Positions 22,844 through 35,737 of a stretch of DNA of 64,000 nucleotides are shown one piece after another. The notes under the pieces were generated by a model. The model was not told the origin of the DNA and made no database searches. It worked only from the letters and a program-made list of their open reading frames with translations. Every line of letters begins with the position of its first letter. Positions within the stretch are counted from its first letter, which is position 1. The stretch covers positions 21,824,001 through 21,888,000 of the forward strand of contig NC_045138.2 of the NCBI RefSeq assembly GCF_008831285.2. Reading direction: 5' to 3'. Position numbers and translations under genes: made by a program. The DNA comes from Nymphaea colorata. Taxonomy: Eukaryota.

Positions 22844-25648
22844 GCCCCCCTCAAGTTGTGCATGAAGTTTGATCATGCGCAACTTGTTTTTCAATTCTCA
22901 GAAATGGTGCCCTGTGAATCCCTTGGTAAAAAGATCAATCACTTGTTCAGACGTAGATATGTAAGTGGGAACAATCTCATCTTCCGCAACCTTTTGACGA
23001 ATGAAGTGTTGATCAATCTCTATATGCTTAGTGCGATTATGTAGAACATGATTGAAGACAATCTTGATCGCGCTTTGGTTGTCACAAAATAGAGATGACT
23101 AAACAATGGGAAGAGAAAGTTCCCCAAACAGATGACGTAACCATGAAGCTTTAGCAGTGCCTGCAGCCATTGCCCTACATTCTGCCTCAGTGCTAGATCT
23201 GGCAACTGCACGCTGTTTCCTGCTACTCCAATAAATAAGATTGGAATCAAGGAAGAGACAATAACCGAAAACTGATCGTCTATGGTTTGGATCGCCTGCC
23301 CAATCTGCATCAGTATAAGTGAAAATGTTGTGGTCATGCAAAACAGTTGACTGTCTTGTGTAGATGAGTCCATCCCCAAGAGTAGCCTTAAGATAACGCA
23401 AAATACATTTGGTAGCATCCATATGCCATTCTGTGGGTGCATGCATAAACTGAGAGACTTGATTCACAACATATACTATGTCTGGGCGTGTAAAAGTGAG
23501 ATATTGTAACATGCCAACTATACTCCGATAGAAACTAGGATTTGGGTATGCATGACTCCCATCAGATTTTTTATGAAGTGAATCCAAGTGTAACGAGAAT
23601 ATGAATCAATGAAAATAACATAATATTTACTCCCGGAAGAGGAAGAAATAGGAGCAGGCCCCCAAACATCAGAACAAATGGTGTCAAATAACTTCGAAGC
23701 TCACTTATTTATTCATTGAAAAGAAAGAGCATGACTCTTACAAATATGACAACTTGAGCACATGCTAGCCTTACTGACAGAACTTAGACTGGACTTTTGT
23801 AATAGTCTGTTTGTAACAAGATTTTGAATGAAAGACTGACTACAATGTGCTAAATGATCGTGCTAAAGAGATGACATATCATACTCTGTGATATTGACTT
23901 CATTATGACTCGGAAAAGATGAATCTGAAACACAAGACTTAGACACTTTTGGAGCTTCTTCAATGACGTACATGTGTCCTTTGCGAACACCCTCAGCGAA
24001 TATCTTCTTGGTTCGAGCATCCTTAACATAAATAGAAGAATGAGTAAACTCAACAGAGGAATGAGTATCATCAATAAGCTTTGATATAGAAATGATATTT
24101 TTCTTGACAATTGGGACAACAAGAACATGCTTTAAAGGTATTGAGGAATGATACATGGATAAGTGTGCATTTCCAATATGTGATATTTTGTGATAGGAAC
24201 CATCTCCTGTGACAACTGAGCTTTTACCTAAATAAGGAAGAGCACTAGAAAGCTTACCTGCGTCACCAGTTACATGAGCTGCAGCACCAGAATCCACATA
24301 TCATTGTCCTTTTCATTTTGCTTGAGATTGATTTTAGACAACGCTGTCATTAGAATCTACTGCACATCAGGGGAAATGTTCGATGCTGCAGTCATATTTG
24401 AAACAGATGACCCTGTTGCTTTATTGTCACGCCGGACCTGTTTTCCCTTATTCTGTGGGTTATGCCAATATTCTGACTTCACATGACCTCTCTTATTGCA
24501 ATAAAAACAAGTAGGTATCCTTCGTAGTACATTTGCCTGTGCATGTGTGTTAGGTGTAGGAAGGATACCTCTCCCCATCCCTGTCTGTGAGTTCCAAACT
24601 CTTGGACGACTTCCTTGTAAAACATGAGTACCAGTGACCAATACATTGTGACCGCCAGAATGAACTAATTCATGTCGTTGTACACGACTTGCTTCATGTT
24701 GAATCAACTTTGCTTTCAAGTCTTCAAAAGAGGGAAGAACAGACAATACCTTTAAAGCAGTGCAGAAAACATCAAATCTTGGCCCCAATCCACTCAAAGC
24801 CTATTGTACCTTGTCCTTGTCACTGACTGGATGCCCTATGATGACAAGCTGATTGCTAACATTTTTTATCTCATGTATATATTCTAAGACTGAACGTGTA
24901 CCTCACTTGGTATCTTGAAATTGCCTCTTGAGTTGTAGAAATCTCGCTTCTGATATTTGAGAATATGTGGTAGCAAGTACATTCCCACAACTCAAGTGCT
25001 GAAAGATCATCATCAACACCCGCCAAAATTTCCTCTGATAGTGTGGAGGTAATATAAACAACAAGAAATTGATCATGAGCCATCCACATCTCATATTCAG
25101 GATTGATTTTTTGCAATAGTCTCTTGAACTTGCCCTCCAGTATTCTTCACCTCTCACATAATCCATTCAGGTGGCGCAGGTGTGGTGCCATTGAGATGTC
25201 CATAGAGACGGTGACTCTTAATGAATAGGACTATTTAACGTTTCCATGTCAAATAATTGATATGATTTAGCTTTTGTGAGATAAGTTGGGAGAGAAAATT
25301 AGACGACAAGATGCAAGCAGTGGGGATCCATATATGCAATAATCAGAAAATAGGAGAAAAATATAAATTTTGAGATTAGGGTTAGGTGGCTGAGGGTAGG
25401 ACAAATTAGGGCAGATGGTAGGGTTAGGGCAGATTAGGCAGACGGTAAGATCAGGGCAGATTAGGGTAAACAATAGGATTAAGAAAAATTAGGGCAAAAA
25501 ATTTGAGGATTAGGGTTAGGACAGAAATTTGGGGATTAGGGCAGAAAATAGAGATTTGAGGATTATGACATAAAAGAAACAAAGATTAGGGCAAAAATTA
25601 GAGATTCTTACCTAACATTCTCAGTGGCAAAACTTGTTTATGATACCA

Positions 25649-25912
25649 TGTAAGATTTTGATATCTAATACTTAGATGCAAGAAGAGGAAAAGAAAAGTA
25701 GACGGCACGTCCAAGCAAGAGAGAGATGAAAGAGAACAACAACAAATGACATCTACCTCTTGTTATCATTATATACTAATCACGATTTAAGGTACATCAT
25801 AAAATGCACAAAATAACAATAAGATTTACAAGTATGCCACCGCCCATGGTGTGTTGGGCTGGATCAAATGGGTCGGGTCTGGGTGACCCGATCCATATGT
25901 ACAAACTTAACA
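25649..25912 (-). repeat. 5' LTR of copia element
   Basis: Adjacent to PBS; direct repeat of 22567-22843. Confidence 0.95.
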
Positions 25913-26586
25913 CTTTCACCTCATATGGCAGAGGCATAAAAATTGAACGAGGACACAATATTTTTACACATAACCAGCTCCAAAGTGTAGGTCCTCGAAT
26001 AAAATACTTCTAAAAGGAAAAAAGGAAAAAAAAATCGCCATCGAAAACATAACTACTCCATAGGAATTCCTCTATAATAACATACGCTCCCATAGAACGT
26101 CATTTCAAGAAATCGCACAGAAGTGATAGATCACTCTTCCAAAATGAAAAGCCTCTAAGTTAAAAATTTCTAGCCATCTATTTATAATATTTAATACACG
26201 AAGATGAAAATTCACTAAACGTAAATCACGAATCTATGTCTACGTATGATCGTATTTCCGATGAATCAGCACACGGATAAAGATACAAAATTTTGAAATG
26301 CCCGAGGAGGGGATGGAATCCCTCTCATCCGCTATTAGAAGAGGAAGGCACCAGCCACCCAACGCGCGTATCTATCTCGTTTTTCAATTCAAATAGGAGA
26401 GAAAGAATCGGCCAAACTCATACGTGAGAGATTATCGGAAGTCTGTTGCAGCCCCAAAATTAGAGGGAAAAAAAAGAACGCGCAAAAGTGGCACCTCTCA
26501 AGTGGCTTCGTCCCTGTCCCTTCCCTTTCCATGCCATACTCGACAACGACGACGACGGCAGGGGTGATCGGCGGTGTGTCGGGAAA

Positions 26587-27510
26587 ATGGACGGATCAAC
26601 TTCGGAAATAGAAGAGCTCTCAAAGATGGCAGAACGAAAGCTCTCCATCAGAAGCAGCAATGATCCACGCCTTGGTGGTGGTCTCCAACTTCACAATCCG
26701 TCGTCATTCTCTTCATCATCTTCTTCTGCATTAGTTAATGTGCTTCAGAGATTGGATCAGATAGATCTTCGGGTAACATCGCGTCATGAGCCATCTCATT
26801 CCGAGTCGATCTTTTGATTTCTTATCCTTGCTGTCCAGAATTTAAAAATCTTTCATCGTTGGGAGGGGGGTGATCGGTTTTCTGCTGATGGGGTTTTCAG
26901 CTGAAGCAGATAGAGGACAAGAGGGGTCCGGCGACGTCGTCATCGGGAAGCCATCAGCGTTGTGGAACTTGTCCACCCAACAGCTACCAATCTCTCAAAG
27001 TGGCGACCATCAACCTGGAGAAGCGTTGCAGATCGTTGGCAGCGACGCTTGAAGAGGTCCAGTTCAAAGGCACCCTCATGGACCGAGTCCGATCACTCGA
27101 GAATCGGATTCTACAGGTGCTCTTGCCTTCCCCACGTTCTTCTTTTATGAACTGGAGAGTTTTCAAGTCTTTCCCTTCTTGGTCTTTTTGAATTCATCCA
27201 TTGGTGATGTTTCTGGCAGTTGAGCAATGAATTGGACAGTGGAAGCAGAACAAGCTGCCTCCTGCTAAAGGCAACAGATGAGAATGAATGGCGTCAACAA
27301 CCAGCAGGCGGCAAGCATGATCCGTCGTACTTCCAACCATCCAACCAAGGACCTGGGAAGCAAGGAGTGGACCTTTATGCGCGTTTTCATCAAAGCCCAG
27401 AACCTAAATCACGGGAAAAAGGTCAGAAGAACGTCAGCAGGCACAGGAACGAGACGAAAAAGGCTGACAGGAATTGGCCCTACAGGAGATGGTTTTCGTT
27501 GGGGTGCTGA
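26587..27510 (+). CDS. Uncharacterised plant protein (~230 aa); exons 26587-26772, 26901-27116, 27220-27510
   Basis: Two phase-0 GT-AG introns give a continuous frame with heptad-like blocks VLQRLDQIDLRLKQIE and CRSLAATLEEVQFKGTLMDRVRSLENRILQL; ends WFSLGC*. Confidence 0.85.
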
Positions 27511-28476
27511 AGGGACAAGCCCTTCACCGTCTTCTCATGTGTTGGTTTCAATAAATTTGTCAAAGATGAAATGAAGAAACGAAGAACGCCAACGTCGATG
27601 TCCAACAGCCATATCTGGATGTGCACTCCAAGCTTCTACTCAAGGAGGAAGAAGAACCACACCTTTGTAATTCTACTTAAGGAGAACGGGTTTTGACCAT
27701 ATCTAGATAAAAAATTCTTAGGATTTTCTAAATTTCTCCAAAATTTAGAGCACCCACTTTACTGCGTGATTGTTACAGAAAAAACGAAATGGAAAAGAAA
27801 GATAATGAAGAAAAGACTGCAGTTTGGATTGTTTTTGTTTTTTTATCCCGCAGACATACCAGGAAAAACGTGAACCACTTTATAACTGTTGCGTGACTTA
27901 TGCGGCCTCGTTCTAGCATTCCTCTCTCAATGTTTTTCTCTCTGTTCTTTCCTGACACATCTTCCTGTTGCTTGATTGTTTAAATGACAAACCTAAATAT
28001 ATTTTCAAGTATGTTAAAGGCGCTATGAGACCCAGGAACCAATCTCTGAAATTGTGATTTCGCAGAGAGAAGCCTCGTTCATGATCTATGTTTCTAGAGC
28101 ATCAAGCGTAGGATTGCCGTCAAGGGAAAGGCCACACAGGATTAGTTTATGGATGATTTGCAATTGCAGAAGCTAAATACCCCAAGCGTTAATCCAAAAT
28201 GATTTGGTCCAGCCAGTCTCTTATGCATGCAAAAATTCAAGCATACTTACCATGTAGTCAATTGAAAATGGAATCAAAATATTATTTTACCAAGTAAAAA
28301 ATCAATACTCAGACCCACTATTACATGGAAAACCAACAGAAATAAAAGGAAGAAGAAAAAAACATAAGAAAGATCGAGCTTCCCTTGCAATTAAGGACTC
28401 ACCCACGAATCTGTGGCTTTCCCAATCAAAACAACAGACACCATACAGACAGAGCCAGACGGCTAGAATACTGAAT

Positions 28477-31400
28477 TCACATGGCAGAAAGGTGAGAAGC
28501 AGCAACCTTTGCTAACTGTTCACCAGAAAGTTTGGTGATGACTTCGACAGAAATAAGCTTCTTATCCAACTTTTCAAACTCCTCGCCCTCGAAGTTATAT
28601 GACAGCTGCAGCTTCGATGCTTCAGAGTCAGCATCTTCAGCCTCCGAAAGTAAACTCCCGGCTTCGTCGAGATCACCCATCTCAAGTGCAGAATACCTCT
28701 CAGCCATTGCCTCTGCAGCGACCAATCTGAGCCTCTTGCACCTTGCAAGTGCCGCCTCTTTTTCCTTGCAGAGCACAGTCTCTTCAGTCTCCCGCAATTT
28801 CCTTGTCGTTTGCTCAATTTCTTCCTCTGCTTCCTTCAATTCTAAAGCAGCATCATCTATCTTTTTCTGGAGGTTTTCCTTCTCTAAGCTCAGCGCCTTT
28901 GACTCAGCAGCTATTCGTCCTGCTTCCTTGAAATTTCTTGCAGCAGCAGCGACTTTCTTTTCGGCCTCAAGCTCTGGGCCCCTTCTGTTGATGAAATTTA
29001 TCCTTAGCTTGGACGAGGCTACCTCCTGTTGGATGGTTGCTCTCTTCGAGGATAATTCCTGTTAGAAACAGGGCAAGTTAATTCCAAACTCCATCATCTA
29101 AAAGTTAGTTCCATTAATAAGTATTAAACCGAGGGAGTGAAAAGGTGTTCATGCACTCACTGGTTCAGCCGAAACGGTCAAAACTATTAAAAGACATTAA
29201 AAAAAAAAAAACCAAAAATGTACAAGAACTCTCAAAAAATCTTAACCAACTTAAAAAATTAAGTAAAAAGCTGACATGTGGCACTCTTAAATAGATTCAG
29301 TTAAGATTTTTTAGTTAATTTGGAGCTTTTTAAAAGGTCCCACCAAATTGAATTGGTTAAGACCACTTAATCATCCATTAATGCTTTCGTGGGACCTTTT
29401 AAAATTGATTTTCAAACTAAAGGATGATTAAAGATTAAAAATCTGTCAATAAAAAACAGTCGCCACTGAAGCATTAGCGGTTTATGATGCTTTTAATGAC
29501 AAATTTTTAATTTATAATCATCTAACAACATCCCGCATCATCCAGCAGATTTGAATTCTCTCTCTCTCCCCTCTCTCTCTTTATATATATATATACATAT
29601 AGACACACATACACATGCATACACGAGAGAGAAGGAGGAAGTAATGCAACGATACTGTCGCAGTACCTACACCGTTGCCAAAGAAATCATAGCTAGAAGC
29701 TACACTATGCAATCACGCCCTTTATGCATTTCACGGTCTCATGACAGGATGGTTATTATAATATTATCTTGTTTGGACATGAAAAATGAATTTCCATGTT
29801 CTAAGACTGGCAACTTGTGGGCTGTTGATTTCTCAGTATCTCAGGATAGCCAAATTTACTTCAGAATTACATGATCCAAAAAGTTGTTTTCCAATAAAAC
29901 ATATGTAGATCGCTGTTAACCGAAAAACTAGTTGATGAAAACATAAATTCTTAGAAGCAGGTATAAGTGCATTGGAGTACCTCCTATATACGTGCTTATA
30001 TGGGCGTGTCTTTTTATCCTTTTCGCTATATGCCACATATGTCAGTGTCCACATCCATGCAACTTAGATTGTAATTAAACTTTGTGATCTCTTGACGACA
30101 TTTATAGCTTTTTTCAATTCATCCATGTACCCAAGATCCTCAAACATGCCATTGTGTGACCGGATATTGCATGAGGTCCAGAAAATATCTTTAATAAACA
30201 GGTGCTGCGTGTGTACACTACGTAATGTTGGCACAACTTACATTGTAAGTAAACTTGGGATCTTGGCAGCATTTAACGGTTTCTTTCAATTCATCTACAT
30301 AGCCAACATCCTCAAACATCCACATTATGCAACAAGTAATGCATTAGTTCTGAAAATGTCCAATCGTCATCTGCAGCTGCTTCTTATAAACCTCCATTTG
30401 GTGATTTCCAGTAATGAAATTGACTGTATTTTCAGGGCCGACCTCATTCACAGTTGCATCAAATAGAGAAAAGATAAGGTCTATAGTCTTTGGTTTATCT
30501 GATAAATCCATGGATTCTAGAAACAGTTTTTGTATTTGTCCTTTTGTCTTCCATAAAGTAACACTCTTATGTCCTTTCCGTACATCTATTTTTTATCACA
30601 ATATGCCTTAGCTTCCTCTCATTAGCTTCAACAATCTTCTTCCTCGATGCATGACATGACATGGCAATTTGTACCCAATAAGAATGTGCACATTGACTGG
30701 AATATGTATATCACAAAAAAATGCACTCATTGTTGAGTCAACTGCTTGTGGTCATAGCAATAAAAGTATCACGTTAGGAATTGGAGCCATACTAGGGGGA
30801 AAAGCTCCCAAATCATGCTTGTTATCTACATCTAGCTTTTATGCTTTCTCCTGCGATTTCCTCTTCTCTTCCAGATATAAGTGCCACTAGCATATACAGA
30901 ATTACAAACATAGCATCCTCTGTCCTACAGCCCATTGGTTGAGATCTTCTGCTAGGATTTATGGGATCAGAAACACCGAAGAAAATTAGACAACTCATGG
31001 CTCATCGCCACCATTTTCTTTGCCTAGTCCTATCAATCTTTTGCTGGCTTGGATTGGATAGCAAAACTTTCAATAGACCCCTCAACAACCATGAGCTACG
31101 CAAGATAAATGACACCTTAGTCAAGAAATACACATGAGGATTCCTTTCTCAAAAGTAACACGACTTTGTGTATCCCTGGCTTTTAGTTGAATGAACATTT
31201 CCGTGCCATCAGAAGTCATTATTCCTCAGAAACTTCAAGAAAACATTGTTCAGTTGGAGGGAGAAATATGCTTCCAAAGACAAAATCCAAAAAATGGCCT
31301 CTTTCTTTGCATGATATCTGTTCCAACTTGAAGTTTTCCCCTCAAACATGCAAAACTTCCTCCAAGAACATCTGAAGCTGTGAAGCTGTCAAGTGAGTGC

Positions 31401-34400
31401 AGGTGCATATACATAAATATATATGCACACACAAATCTTCCAGACAGCACCATTATGATTTATGAACTAATTGTAGCTCAGGAGGATAATCTGAAATACT
31501 ACCAAGGTCATTGAAAAGTTCAATAAGGCAATAGTTTTCTCTGAGCCAGTGAAATCAACCAAGCTCTATGATGCTACACATTTGCCCATTGAGCGAACTC
31601 AAACTTATTTTGTCTTTTGTCTTGCATCCACATTACATGTCAAGGTGCACAGGTTTGTGAACTTTTGACCATCAGCCTTATCCTCCTTGCTAAATGGAAA
31701 ATGCTGAAGGTTAGAAATGGCAAATTAGATATAGATATGAAAAAATTTACATGATCTTTTGTTGAGGCACACTCCTTCACTTTAAAATCCTTGTTCTTAA
31801 ATATAGGGTTCCTTCAAGAATGAAAAAGTCCCAGTTTTATATTAAACTCTACTTTTGAATACATAAATGGAGCTTAAGAGAGAGAAAGGGCGTGGGGGCT
31901 GCTAGCGAGCACTGTCCACTACCTTCTCATCTCATATGGTTTTTTACCTTCATTCTTGAGGGGGTTTTCCACGTTACATCGTGTGTCTGTGTGTGGTGCT
32001 TGTTTCTACAGAAAGGATGCTCCTCAGATGCCAATATAAAAAATAGCAAAAAAGCAACCAGGAATTGTGGCACTAGATTCCAAAGCACAATGATCACATA
32101 ACTCTTTTGCATCCAGTGAAACTAAGAAATTTGCTTTAATGGAGAAAAATGCAAAGAATGGAGGATTTGAAGTTCTAGCTTCCCTTTCCATTAGTTAACA
32201 AGAATCACTACATCTGATGCAACACAAGCAAAAGTCCTCCATCAGATGTACACTTGCCACCCTGATGAAGCCTGATTGGTCCACTAACTGGCAAATAATG
32301 GACGAAGTGATTGGATAGAAAGAAAATAATTTTATACAATGATATATTAGAAACATGACCAATACAAGGGACATGAAAATCATTTGTTTCAAAGAATACT
32401 TCTGGATGGAACCAGCATGCTTAACCTCTAGTGATATTCAACTACCTATATAAATATTCTGGACTACAATCTGATAAGGAAGATAGATCAGGTGTCATGT
32501 GGAAGATGCTCCTGAATAGTGAAGAGCAAATACATGGAAGAGAAAAAGAAAATGTGAAAAAAAAGTTGGTTGCATAGCTGAAGCTTTACGAAGAAGCTTC
32601 TGCAACTACAGAATGATGAAAACAGTTACCACTACTAACAATTGTGACCAGTTGTCCTACAATAAAGGCCATAGTATAAATTGAAGTAAAAGACAGAAGC
32701 AGTAGGAACGATGGTTTTACGGGCCAAGAAAGCAAAATCAGTAACAACAGTAGCAGCAATAAGACTGAAACATTTCTTCTTGGGACTACTGTGCTTCAAC
32801 TAACTTGATGAAAGACTATTTAGAGCAATGCATATAACTTTGTTCTGTTCAGCAAACTACACTCATTTTCCACCAGAGACAAAGATTAATGAACAGATAC
32901 AATGATCGACCAAGTTTGACAGCTGATAGAGCTGAATCGTTAAGAACTGCTTTAACAGCCACCATCCATTTTAAAATAAATGAGTTCTCCGCTTAAGGCC
33001 TCAGGGATGGTGGATCCCTCTAAAGACCTCAGGGTTGATAGGAAACAGATTAGACATTAAAGTCCATATTTTTCATAATTAGATATTTGTTATCTCACAT
33101 ACCCATGAAATCTATCTTACAGATGTTTAATTTTCATTATGTATACTATTGAAATCCGGTTACAAGGCCCATTCCATTTATGCAATATTCAACTTTTCTG
33201 AGACCCTGTAGTTTAGCCTGAGACTGTTCTGTCTTGAAGCGACACATCCCATGTGAGATGATCAGTCACATCTCATGCAAGCAGATTCAGCTTCCCAACA
33301 AGGTCAAAGGGACAAAAGGCTACTTCATTCTTAGGACCTTGCATCCATTCCCAATCCATACAAAGCAAAAGCGAATGAAAAACAATGTACACTAACCTGA
33401 AGAGAGGTTCGTGCAGCAGAAATCTCTTGTCTGAGTGCATCTACCTGCTCCACAATTATTTCTTCAGTCTTGACAAGCCTGGACTTTTCTGCACTGGACT
33501 TCAACACAGACGATGAAAGAGATTTCCTCATATGCAACAGATCAGATCGTGCCCTTGCTTCTTCTTTAGCAAGGGTTGCTATTGCATTAAGCTTCGATGT
33601 TTTCTCCTCAGCCACTGACAGGAACTGATCAACGTCCTGTTTTTTTATTTCTAGTGCTTCAATTTCTGATGTAATCCTGTGCAACGCAGATTTCAGTTTG
33701 TCTTCTTTCCTATCAATGTCAGACTGTGACTGATGAAACCCAGAGACCACATCATCGATTCTTTTGTTCACCACCTGGATTACAGCATCACATTCAGCAA
33801 TCTCTGCTTCTTTAGTTCTTACCAAAGCAAGTAGTTTCTCCAACTCCTCCACAAGCTCTGCTCGCTTTCTGCATAAAACTTCTTTCTCTTTATTGTCATC
33901 CTCAATCAAACAGTCAATAGAACTATTCAGTGAAGAACATGCATCGTCTATCAAGTGCGTCTCGATCTCAATTTCCATTTTCTTCACCTCTAACTGCTCC
34001 TTGGAAGAAAGCCAATCTTCCATATCATTCGAGTAAACCAGATGGGCATCCTTCCTAGCTGCATCAGAGGTAACTGCAGTGTCCTGACAAAAGCGGAGAA
34101 CCGATGTTATAACTCCAACCAACATCTTATGGAAGGGACAAGCAAAAGGACTTCAACGAACTGCACTATGAATATAAGAGGGCGTCTATTAACGCAAGTG
34201 GTGGTCTGAAATTCCCAAGGTTGATCCTCTCTGAACAGCAGCCCCACACATTCCAAATTAAAGAACGAATCAGGAAGAACAAGCACCAGATATTAGAAGA
34301 TTTAGATTAAACATGAACACCATAACTACAATCAGCACGGATAGAAAAGAAGCAAATTCTGCTAACGTATGGAAATTTAATAGACGCTTTAATATCGATC

Positions 34401-35737
34401 AACCGGTTATATAGCAAGAACCTCCACATTAATTTCAGAGAACAAGGAGACCCCAGGAATCTCTAGCAACAGTAAAAGCAGAAAAAGAGAAAAAAGCTTT
34501 TCCGTGCCTCAGAAATGTGAGCAAAGAGAAGCTTTACCTCTGCGAACTGTTCGAGCAGGGAAACTCCTTCCTCCTCGGCGGAAATCTGCAACTCCAAAGC
34601 GTGCTGCAGCTTCAGATACATGGCGTCGCATTGGGCTTCGACCTCCCTCAGCACATCCAGGCAACATTGCCTCTCCCTTTCGGCAACGGCCAAGCTCTCA
34701 CTCACCCTCTCAGCCCTCTCGAATTCCTCCTTCTCGCAAGCCTCTTCTAGCTCCTTTTCCAATTCCATGTGCTTGCTGGTTGCGACGACGACGTCATGGA
34801 CGGCCTTCCTTCTCCTTCGAGCCGCCTCTTTCCGTTCAGCGGCTGCTGAAGCTGCCGAGACGCCCACGCGCTCGAGACTGTCAGCTATCGTTACCTTGAT
34901 CGACTCCAATTTGGCCTCAAAGAAGCCGGGGTCCTGTCCGAATGACGCAGCGTCATCAGACGGCGAGGATCTTCCCCCTCCGCTTTCTTCTGCTGTTTCT
35001 TCTGCTCCTGTTTCTTCTACTGCTCGTTCTGAAATGGTACCATCATCAGGAACCGATTTGGAGGCGTCTTTTTCCACAATCACCTCGGTCTCCCCTTGGG
35101 TAGTTACCTCCGTCTCATGATGGTCGGACACCGAAGGAACCGGGGCAGAATCGGGAGCTTCTCCATCTGAATCAACGTTTTGGAGACTCTCAAGTGGCGC
35201 GGGAGGAGTAGAAGAGGAGACTTCGGAGGACATAGAAGCCGGCACCTGCGCCACCGCCACCGCCACCGCCGCCGCTGCAGCAGCAACATCAGCAAGAGAG
35301 GAAGAATGATCAGCGGAGGGGGTAGGATGGGGATCTAGATGAACGGAAGTGAAGGACGACTCGCGGGCATATCCGATCCTGACGCCTCCCCGCTTTTTCC
35401 TCCTGGTACCGCCGGCGGTGGTCGGCGTAGAGGCCACTGCGGAAGTCGATTTGTGAACCAAAGGAGGATTATGGGCATCGGATTCCAGGGGCACTTGTTG
35501 AATGAGGGTGGGCGCGGGCATAAGCGTGAGGTCCGAGAAGAGGTTCTCATCAAGTGGCCCGCTCGTTTGACGATTCAGAGAGGATGAGGAACGGGGAACG
35601 GAAGGAGAGAGTTGGGGATGAGCGGGAGGAGAAGGAGGAGTTGGGTGGTCGTCGACGTCATTGGATTGGAATTGAGGAGTGAGAAGGACCATGCCTTCGA
35701 AGAGCGACCCAAATTCATCTTGTGATCCCTCTGCCAT
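28477..35737 (-). CDS. Large coiled-coil protein with UVR-like motifs (~822 aa); exons 35737-34538, 34083-33397, 29058-28477
   Basis: Three long ORFs joined by phase-0 GT-AG introns; N-terminal SLFEGMVL and PLDENLFSDLTL motifs, disordered region, then coiled coil with LEEACEKEEFERAERV and KKVAAAARNFKEAGRIAAE. Confidence 0.9.
30050..30800 (-). mobile_element. hAT (DUF659-type) transposase remnant in intron 2 of the coiled-coil gene
   Basis: FLESMDLSDKPKT, DATVNEVGPENTVNFITGN, FWTSC, MFEDLG, EITKFNYN in canonical order; ~90-bp internal duplication (30060-30148 / 30232-30320). Confidence 0.75.

Larger units (their letters stand above)
22567..25912 (-). mobile_element. Internally deleted Ty1/copia LTR retrotransposon (~3.35 kb)
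   Basis: Two TG..CA LTRs (22567-22843, 25649-25912); tRNA-Met-type PBS TGGTATCA (25648-25641); PPT cttgaggggggc (22855-22844); gag CFYCNKRGH, protease DSGAAAHVT, integrase start SDVWGPAP, RT end TRPDI, RNase H DADWAG/ARSSTEAE. TSD imperfect (cttag/ctttc). Confidence 0.95.

Noticed and set aside
25370..25600. Interstitial telomere
   Set aside because: Motifs are spaced rather than tandem and lie inside the copia leader.
28532..29065. 177-aa + strand ORF (and 34620-35120, 33764-34036, 57660-58214, 45229-45756)
   Set aside because: Antisense shadows of real coding exons or of gag.
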